A DNA stretch of 64,000 nt from NCBI RefSeq assembly GCF_020745735.1, contig NC_083410.1, positions 3,632,117 to 3,696,116 on the forward strand, in the 5' to 3' direction. Positions within the stretch are counted from its first letter, which is position 1. Each line of letters opens with the position of its first letter. A program made the translations under genes and the position numbers. Below, piece by piece: positions 27,001 to 34,429 of this stretch. Below the pieces are notes generated by a model, which did not search any database, was not told where the DNA came from, and saw nothing but the letters and a program-made list of their open reading frames with translations. The stretch comes from Hemiscyllium ocellatum (lineage: Eukaryota).

Positions 27001-30000
27001 ACGTTTTATATGGAGGTTGGTGGGGTGGTAGGTGAGAACCAGTGGGGTTCTGTCTTGGTGGCGGTTGGAGGAGCGGGGCTCAAGGGCGGAGGAGCGGGAA
27101 GTGGAGGAGATGCGGTGGAGGGCATCGTGGATCACGTCTGGGGGGAATCTGCGGTCCTTGAAGAAGGAGGCCATCTGGGCTGTGCGGTGTTGGAACTGGT
27201 CCTCCACGGAGCAGATGCGGTGGAGACGAAGGAATTGGGAATATGGGATGGAGTTTGTACAGGGGACAGGGTGGGAGGAGGTGTAGTCCAGGTAGCTGTG
27301 GGAGTCAGTCGGTTTATAGTAGATGTCTGTGTTGAGTCGGTCGCCCAAGATAGAAATGGAAAGGTCTAGGAAGGGGAGGGAGGAGTCTGAGGCAGTCCAG
27401 GTGAATTTGAGGTCGGGATGGAAGGTGTTAGTAAAGTTGATGAACTGTTCAACCTTCTCGTGGGAGCACGAGGCAGCGCCGATACAGTCATCGATGTAGC
27501 GGAGGAAAAGGTGGGGGGTGGTGCCAGTGTAGTTGCGAAAGATGGACTGTTCCACATATCCTACGAAGAGACAGGCATAGCTGGGGCCCATGCGGGTGCC
27601 CATGGCAACTCCTTTAGTTTGGAGGAAGTGGGAGGTTCGAAAAGAGAAGTTATTCAGGGTGAGGACCAGTTCAGTCAGTCGAAGGAGGGTGTCAGTGGAA
27701 GGGTACTGGTTGGTGCGGCGGGAAAGGAAGAAGCGGAGGGCTTTGAGTCCTTCGTGATGGGGGATGGAGGTGTACAGGGACTGGATGTCCATCGTGAAAA
27801 TAAGGCTTTGGGGACCGGGGAAGCGAAATCCTGGAGGAGGTGGAGGGCGTGGATGGTGTCCCGAACGTAGGTGGGGAGTTCTTGGACTAAAGGGGACAGA
27901 ACCGTGTCGAGGTATGCGGAGATGAGTTCGGTGGGGCAGGAGCAGGCTGAGACAATGGGTCGGCCGGGGCAGTCAGGTTTGTGGATTTTGGGCAGGAGGT
28001 AGAAACGGGTGGTGCGGGGTTGTGGGACTGAGGTTGGAGGCGGTGGATGGGAGACCCCCTGAGGTGATGAGGTTATGGATGATCTGGGAGATGATGGTTT
28101 GGTGGTGGGAGGTGGGGTCGTGGTCAAGGGGGCGATAAGAGGAGGTGTCCGCGAGCTGGCGTTTGGCCTCAGCGGTATAAAGGTCGGTGCGCCAAACTAC
28201 TACCGCGCCTCCCTTGTCTGCTGGTTTGATGGTGAGGTTGGGGTTGGAGCGGACGGAGTGGAGGGCTGCACGTTCTGAGGGTGAGAGGTTGGAGTGGGTG
28301 AGAGGGGTGATGTTCCTCAATCTCAAGCTCTTTCTTTTCGCTCTGTATTTCTGCTTCTCCATCTCATTTCTTCTCAATCCTTTCAGCTAGTAAAGGTTGT
28401 GGCTCCAGAAGCTACTGTTGGAGCAGCCTTGCTGAGTAATTGCAGGGCATCTTGTAGTTGGTACATCCAAGCGTCAGTGGGAGGAAATAGTACCATGTTA
28501 TGGGGGGGCCAATCAAGCAGGATGATTTATCTTGGATAGTGAAAAGCCTTTTGAATCTTGGAGCTAAACTCATCTAGGCAAGTGTTTCCATCATCTTCCC
28601 GAATTCTGCTTTGTTGATAGATGGTCGGCAGGCTGTGGAAGTCAAAATGTGAGTTTCTCACCTGGAACTGCTGTTGAAGCCTCAGTATTTATTATGCTGC
28701 TATTTTGAACCAGGTCAACACCCTCTCAAAATATGTTAAGAAGATAGCTATACCCTATTATTTCCTATTTTAAAGGCAAGTGCGGGATGATGCATTCCAG
28801 ATGCAATTTGATTGGTCAAACTTCCGTATTTGAAGGAAAACACACTTCTTCATAAAGAATAGTTACAATACAGAAGAAAAGTAGAAATTGGGATAGTTTA
28901 AGCCCATTGGAAAATATAATAAAATAATAAATTGTTTAACTACTAAACAGTATTTTTCCAAAACAGTTACATGCTATAAACACAGCCTTGGCAAAGACAA
29001 ATTCAGCAAAACAGCTTGTCTCACATGCGATTATGCAGTCCAGGGAGGGGGGGAGGTGGAAAACATAGAGAGAATAGGAAGGAGTGATGAAAAGCATCTT
29101 CCAAACCCAGATTCAAGACCCAGTTGCAAGTGCTACTGAAAAACTACAACGAGCAATCTTGATTTGGTGGGAGCTTGGCCCCACCCATTCAGGATGTTTC
29201 TGTTGTTGCAACTTGAAAAAAAAACAAGGCCTCACAAGCTGTTTACTTTATTGAATTCAAACAAAAAGCTCAGCAACTTTTGAGTTAAAACCATACCTTC
29301 AAGAAAAAGGACAAAATAGACCTCTGAAAGCCATGGTATCATTAGTCTGTTCAAGTTACTTGACAGGTCAAAAGTGACTCCCATAGCATTTTTTTTCATT
29401 ACTTCTAGTGGGATGTGGGCATCACCAGCAAGGCCATTTGGTCTTAATCCCTAATTGCCCTCAAACTGCATCATTTGTCTGTTCAATTCAGAGAGCAATA
29501 ACAACAAACCATGTTCCACTGGGTCTGAGGTCACATATAGGCCAGACCAGGTAAGGACGGCAGATTTCCTTCCCTGAGGGACATTAGTGAACCAGATGGA
29601 CTTTTGTAACAATTGATGGGAACATTGGGAATTAAAGCAACATGTTTGCAGCTCTCAGTTAACTTGGAGTTCTTGTGCATTATTGTGTCATAACTCATTT
29701 GTAACTAAAATCAGTAAACAGGAAAATAATTAGTGAGAAGTCTGGGTGGTATAAGGGGTAATTATCTAATGCAGTGTCCTCATAGTGAAGGATTTAGTGC
29801 AAAGGTTGCACACTGGGTAATGTTGAGAAGACATTACTCTATTTGCCTGTATTTATCTTTAATAATAGAGATTTGAGAGTTTAACAGAATGGGATCCAGA
29901 GTGAACACGTCTGGAATGTTTGCAGCATGAGGAAGTTCAGTTTTGAGTAGAGGAGCTGGAGTCTGAGCTGCAGACATTGTGTCAAATCAAGGAAGGGGAA

Positions 30001-31268
30001 AGTTCCCTGGAAACCTTTCTCCAGTGGGGGCTGCCACCCCATGGATTAGGGAATTGGAGATTAGTCATGGATCAGCGACAGGAGGCTGTGTCTGCAGGTG
30101 AGGACGGTATGGGTCATACACTGCAAATGATCATTTAAATAGGAAGAGATTTTATAACATGTTACATTATTTCTTCTCTTCAATATGAACAGATCCAATA
30201 GCTGATCCAGTCCTCATTCAGTATCCAGTGGTCAGCAAAGTAGCAGAGAGTGAAACTGTCGAGTTTCAGTGTGCCATGTACAATGCCAGTGTGATTGACA
30301 CTGATGTCCACTGGCACTACCAGCGACCTGGCAGCAACAGGGAGTGGATGATAAGCCACTTTGTGAATGGCACCCTCACCACGGCCCAGGGTTTCCACGA
30401 TCGTGTTCTGCTTTCCAGGAATGTCAGCAGGAACAGTTACATTCTGAGCCTTGTGAATGTGACTCTCAATGATACTGCTGTGTACAGCTGCAGTGTGTGG
30501 AGCTACATTTATGGAGCAGGGAGTCAGCTCATTGTAACTGGTAAGTCAATGTGAGGGAACACTGGTGTGAACAGGGAAGGGAGGCATCTGGCTGCAGTGC
30601 TTCATCAGTGGAAGAGCAGAATGGTCATCAGGGGCAGGTATTCCCAAGACTGGATGGGGAGTGGCTCGGAAGGAAACTGGCAGAGGGTGGTGTTCCCATG
30701 TGTCTGCTGCCCTTGCCCTTTTAGATGGATGAGGCTGTGGGTTTGGAAGAATCTATGTGTCCTGTCTGAGGATCATTGGTGAATTTCTGCAATGTATCTT
30801 GTAGATAGGACACGCTGTTGTTACTGAGTGTTGGTGCAAGAGGGAGTGACTTTTTGTAGATGTGGTGCCAGTCAAATGGCTACTTTCTCCTGAGTGATGT
30901 TAAACTTCGTGAGTGTTGTTGGAGCTGCACTTAGACAGGGAAGTGGGGAATATTCCATCACACTCCTGATTTGTCTCTTGTAGATTGTGGCCAGGCTTTG
31001 GAGAGTTCGGAGGGGAGTTACTATCCTGAGCAAATCAAGATTAATGTTGTTGACAATCTTGGACATTGCTCAGACTGAAGTGACTGTGTGTGTGACATTC
31101 TGATATTTTACAGAAGAGTCTTCCCATGGTATTCCCCAGACTTCAGGTCCCATTTCAATCATTGGCACCATTCTGGCCTTCGCTGTCTTGATCTGCATTG
31201 TCCTGCTCACATTTTGCCTTTGGAAACAAAATCTGTGCTCATCAGTAAAGGACTCCACACAAGGGTAA
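8991..31268 (+). CDS. Spliced gene for a non-rearranging type I membrane receptor with four tandem VJ-type Ig V domains (L-V1-V2-V3-V4-TM)
   Basis: join(8991-9042,9126-9506,16043-16387,24716-25060,30193-30540,31114-31268) is open for 541 codons. All internal introns are GT-AG and phase 1; V exon lengths 381/345/345/348 are multiples of 3. The exon linkage is inferred, not transcript-proven. Confidence 0.8.
9126..9506 (+). CDS. V1: VJ-type Ig V-set exon with 12-aa CDR2-region duplication
   Basis: [10 protein letters not shown]...RLLC(23)TVKN...VHW(41)YREQPG...[13 protein letters not shown](104)[16 protein letters not shown]; donor A|GTAAGT at 9507. Confidence 0.92.
9640..10990 (-). mobile_element. 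CR1 LINE RT fragments, decayed
   Basis: Reverse complement resembles CR1 RT 3' regions seen elsewhere in the window. Confidence 0.6.
11475..11759 (-). mobile_element. HE1-type SINE
   Basis: Same head, core and tail as 48928-49233, in reverse orientation. Confidence 0.8.
11916..11951 (-). ncRNA. Minimal type I hammerhead ribozyme motif (family A), intact core
   Basis: Minus strand: attc CTGATGA a gggc ttat gctc GAAA CGTC gaat. Stem I is 4 bp; stem II has one G.U pair. Confidence 0.65.
16043..16387 (+). CDS. V2: VJ-type Ig V-set exon
   Basis: Acceptor ctgaaag|; [25 protein letters not shown]...VHWYRQEPG...[27 protein letters not shown]; donor A|GTAAGT at 16388. Confidence 0.92.
17040..17270 (+). 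mobile_element. Older SINE-like repeat; related copies at about 29440-29630 (-) and 60050-60200 (-)
   Basis: Shared segment ccatctgg(c/t)tca(g/c)taatgtcc...agggaag...gcc(a/g)tccttacctgg...(c/t)atgtgac. Family name not assigned. Confidence 0.55.
17345..17900 (-). mobile_element. CR1 LINE 3' fragment
   Basis: ORFs 17363..17581(-) and 17627..17857(-) resemble the CR1 RT C-terminus. Confidence 0.7.
17900..23224 (-). mobile_element. Gmr1-like Ty3/Gypsy LTR retrotransposon, decayed and 3'-truncated (5' LTR 22596-23224)
   Basis: Minus-strand order: LTR, PBS TTGGGGGCTC, gag with [14 protein letters not shown] knuckle (21176..21418), integrase ([13 protein letters not shown], 19383..19661), RT (GYWQVPL...YIDD, 18327..18869), RNase H ([11 protein letters not shown], about 17900-18311). 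Confidence 0.85.
19005..19095 (-). mobile_element. Penelope-end fragment (family C) with degenerate hammerhead core at about 19039-19078
   Basis: Minus strand: CTGACGA t gttacc tagcca gataat GAAA CGTC. Confidence 0.55.
23300..24140 (+). mobile_element. CR1 LINE 3' RT fragment (composite)
   Basis: ORF 23415..24065 [19 protein letters not shown]...[12 protein letters not shown]...RRLRGDL, followed by the 3' UTR tail. Confidence 0.9.
24716..25060 (+). CDS. V3: VJ-type Ig V-set exon
   Basis: Acceptor ccctaaag|; [25 protein letters not shown]...VHWHREQPG...[27 protein letters not shown]; donor G|GTAAGT at 25061. Confidence 0.92.
25130..25740 (+). mobile_element. CR1 LINE 3' fragment
   Basis: ORFs 25131..25361 and 25265..25519 ([18 protein letters not shown]), followed by the CR1 3' UTR. 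Confidence 0.85.
25806..26101 (-). mobile_element. HE1-type SINE
   Basis: Near-identical to 48928-49233; B-box-like GGTTCAATTCC on the minus strand. Confidence 0.9.
26146..28309 (-). mobile_element. Penelope-like element (RT plus C-terminal GIY-YIG endonuclease), 5'-truncated, 12-bp TSD
   Basis: RT motifs [31 protein letters not shown] (26971..27792); GIY-YIG region ([22 protein letters not shown]). TSD ATGTTCCTCAAT at 26134-26145 and 28310-28321. Family A hammerhead at the 3' end (26205-26240, GAAA mutated to GACA). Confidence 0.93.
30193..30540 (+). CDS. V4: membrane-proximal VJ-type Ig V-set exon (most divergent)
   Basis: Acceptor gaacag|; [11 protein letters not shown]...EFQC...VHWHYQRPG...[27 protein letters not shown]; donor G|GTAAGT at 30541. 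Confidence 0.9.
30570..31073 (-). mobile_element. Non-LTR retrotransposon RT C-terminus / 3' fragment (not the main CR1 family)
   Basis: ORF 30872..31066(-) [19 protein letters not shown]...APTTLTKF is LINE ORF2 C-terminus-like. Similar pieces occur near 28320-28690, 38950-39190, 41720-41870 and 42620-42830. Confidence 0.55.
31114..31268 (+). CDS. Stalk + transmembrane + short cytoplasmic exon
   Basis: Acceptor tattttacag|, phase 1: [51 protein letters not shown]. Possible donor GG|GTAAAT at 31265, or read-through to TAA at 31266-31268. This exon is missed by the ORF track. Confidence 0.85.
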
Positions 31269-33256
31269 ATGTCATTTCTTCTTGGGTTTGATTCTGTCAC
31301 TGCACTGTTATTGTTTTTGACATTGGGGTGATTGATTTTAGTGAATGCTGATATTCCCACTGCAGCATACAGATCCATTGTAAATGGTGGGCCAGTGACT
31401 GTCGAGACCATCCCACATGTCCAGATGCCCAATCACTGCCAGTTTTCTCTTTCTCTGGTATCACATGTCCTCCAGTGCTAGGCCACAGCTACCTGCTGGT
31501 CACAGTCAGAAAGCATCACCTGCAAGATCCCCAGTAGATACTGGATCATTACCCACTGAGCCCAGTGTCAGGGTCTGCCTTAGCGCTGAGGGCTCATTGG
31601 CAGCACAGTGCCTCCTGCTGGGATGACCAAGGGAGCACCAGACAACTCGATCCAACAGCTTGTGCTGCCTTTTCACTTCCACATTTCCCTGCCCTGTTCC
31701 CCTACACATTCAACCCCCTTTATCCTCACAGTCCTCTCCAATCAAATCCTGAATGTTGACATTGATCCTCCACCTGCCATTAATCTGGAGTGACTCCTAG
31801 AGGCTCCCCATCCTCTCGATGAAGAGATTTCCCGAATGTCTCGACGCAATAACTTCCTGTTGCATTTTATATACATGATCCCTTATTCTTCATCCTTTTG
31901 ATAGTCTTTTCGCCACTCGTTTATTGCCCCTTTAAAAAGTTTTAAATACTTTGATCATAGCCCTGCAGTCTGGACTCTTCTAATGAAATAAAAAACATTC
32001 TGAAGTCTTCTGTGGTGTTCATACTTACTAATACTGAGCATCATACCAATGAATTGGTGCAGTTCTCACTCTCAATATTTTCTTGACTTTAACCAGCTGG
32101 AGGTGCAGCAAGTTTCTTGAAGAAATCGCTCCCTTTCACAGTTGGAAACAACTTGACAAAGTTTCCTAGCATGCTTTCTGGTTTTGGTCAATTTTTTTTG
32201 TGTGTGTTGTTCACACAAATTCCGTTTTTTTCAACAAATAGTCCAAGTCTCTAGATTATCTTTTTTGTCTTTAAGCTGATGTCAAAAAATCTATGTGAAA
32301 AGTGTAAAATCCATCAGCAGTGAGAGTTTGAAGATTAATGCGTTATTCTTTGATATATCTGCAATGAATCTAATGTGTGGAGTTTATTCAGGAGCTGTTT
32401 TGAATATGTAACAGTAAATGTACAGCAAATCAGTTCATTCATTATCTCAATATTTGGCAGGAATTACACCCTGTTCCAAATACCCATTTTCCATGTTTAG
32501 ATTCTTGATTTGATTAATAAGCTGATAGTTAGTGCAGATCATTTATTTTATTAACACAATATACATTGTCAGTCATATTCACAAAGCGAACTTAAGTTTA
32601 TTCCACCAAAGTGAGAGGAAGAAACAAACCACATTGTGCACATATTTATTTCATAGAGAAAACCTTTCACACATGAGTTAGAACATTTTTACATCCACTA
32701 TATGTGACAGAATCATGTGTCTAGAGAAATTATACTTCAATTGCAACTCTATTTTTCCATTGAACAAATTCCTGCTTTTTACTGTTTTGGACTTGCAAAA
32801 CAAATTCACTTTTTTTCTCTGAGCTATCACTGTTCTAATGATTCAACATTTTACATTGGAACAACCTAAAACATTCTGTCCCAAATTCTCCGTCTGGAAA
32901 AAAATCACAAATTGGAAAAAACAGTATTACTGTGGTGATTGGTTTCTTCCAACTGGGAGAGAAACTCAAACTTCATTCTGAATTAAACTCTTCGTCCTTT
33001 TCAATTTAATATCGAGATATTTTTTCAACTGAACCCAAAACAGTATTAAAAGCATCATGTATTTACACTGTTTGTCAGAAACCAGAAGTAAATGCAACTT
33101 ATTTCTATCATGCTCCAGCGGTGCTCCCAACTCCCTGATGGGAGTCACATGTCTTCTTGGAAATACTGCATTGACTCACTGTTCTAGAATGACTTTCTGA
33201 CTATTTAACATAATCTCAACAGCCTATGTTCATATGTCACCCTTCTTAAATCATTG

Positions 33257-33478
33257 AGGAGAAAGTGAGGTCTGCAGATGCTGGAGATCAGAGCTGAAAA
33301 TGTGTTGCTGGAAAAGCGCAGCAGGTCAGGCAGCATCCAAGGACCAGGAAATTCGACATTTCGGGCATAAGCCCTTCTTCAGGAATTCCTGAAGAAGGGC
33401 TTATGCCCGAAACGTCGAATTTCCTGTTCCTTGGATGCTGCCTGACCTGCTGCGCTTTTCCAGCAACACATTTTCAGT
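33257..33478. mobile_element. Palindromic Penelope-derived mini-element (family A), 14-bp TSD
   Basis: 184-bp near-perfect palindrome 33294-33477 centred on GGAATTCC. TSD TTCTTAAATCATTG at 33243-33256 and 33479-33492. The arm sequence equals the 3' end of the PLE at 26146. Confidence 0.9.
33384..33421 (+). ncRNA. Minimal type I hammerhead ribozyme motif (family A), intact core
   Basis: aattc CTGAAGA a gggc ttat gccc GAAA CGTC gaatt: 5-bp stem I, 4-bp stem II, palindromic ACGT stem III, GUC triplet ending at 33416. Confidence 0.7.
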
Positions 33479-33825
33479 TTCTTAAATCATTGCAAATGTC
33501 AAAAATGATACATTTACTCATCATTCATCACAAAAAAAAGGTAAAGCGGAGATGAATAGAAATGTTTTCACTGGAGAGAGTTCCTGAGATCTGAAACACC
33601 CCCCCCCCCCCCTCAAAAGCTGTTAGAGGCTCATTACACACAAATGTGAAGAGGGGTTTGGACAGTCATTTGAGGGTGAGGAATGTAAAGGGTCACTGAT
33701 AAAGGCAGGGCTGTTGGGTTAAGCACAATAACTCTTTAAAAGATCTAATGTGGGTGTGATTGGCAGATGGTGCTCTCTCTGTGCTGAGTTTGTCTGATTG
33801 ACGTGACGAACATTATAACTGAGAC

Positions 33826-34030
33826 ACGATTTGGAGATGCCGGTGTTGGACTGGGGTGTACAAAGTTAAAAATCACACAACACCAGGTTATAGTCCAACA
33901 GGTTTAATTGGAAGCACACTAGCTTTCGGAGCGACGCTCCTTCATCAGGTGAAAGAGCGTCGCTCCGAAAGCTAGTGTGCTTCAAATTAAACCTGTTGGA
34001 CTATAACCTGGTGTTGTGTGATTTTTAACG
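33826..34030. mobile_element. Palindromic Penelope-derived mini-element (family B)
   Basis: Inverted arms, flanked by near-duplicate ttataac(t/g)gaga. Confidence 0.8.
33917..33951 (-). ncRNA. Minimal type I hammerhead ribozyme motif (family B), intact core
   Basis: Minus strand: cac CTGATGA a ggagc gtc gctcc GAAA GCTA gtg. Stem I is 3 bp, stem II is 5 bp, stem III is palindromic AGCT, and the triplet is CUA. Confidence 0.65.
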
Positions 34031-34188
34031 TTATAACGGAGAGCAGTGTCCAGGATTTCCACCAGCTACCTTCCTCTAAAACTGCCCAAAGCCACACTGG
34101 CGTTTTCCCCTCACCATCTTTCACAGTTTAAAGAGCTCGATTGTGACTTGGCTCCATTCTGAAGCAGTTTCATTCTGTTTTCTTTCAG

Positions 34189-34232
34189 ATCGAACACGGA
34201 GCAGTGAGCGAGCAGCAGTTCCTCCTGTTGTG
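34189..34232 (+). CDS. Candidate small cytoplasmic exon of the 4-V receptor
   Basis: Good acceptor ttctgttttctttcag| and donor |GTAAGG, 44 nt. It is not phase-compatible with the 31265 donor directly (gives a stop) but fits an alternative phase-0 donor at 31245. Confidence 0.3.
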
Positions 34233-34429
34233 GTAAGGAAATGGGACACCGCTGTTGGTTTTTGCTGCATTTAAGAAACAGAAGCCACATCCTGGAGGAA
34301 CTTCAGTATCACCAGAACAATTGCAAATCATAACTTGTAACACACAGAAAGTCTCTGTTGCACAACAGGCTCTGACTGAACGCAATCAAAGAGAAATCAA
34401 TCATTTCTGTCTTTTTAATCCAGACCCTT

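Noticed and set aside
26481-28278. Several + strand ORFs rich in Gly/Val/Glu
   Set aside because: They are antisense shadows of the Penelope ORF.
32657-32681. Micro-exon after the TM exon (GENLSHMS* or a 20-nt exon)
   Set aside because: The acceptor is plausible but the donor (GTTAGA) is weak and there is no independent support; such matches arise by chance in AT-rich introns.
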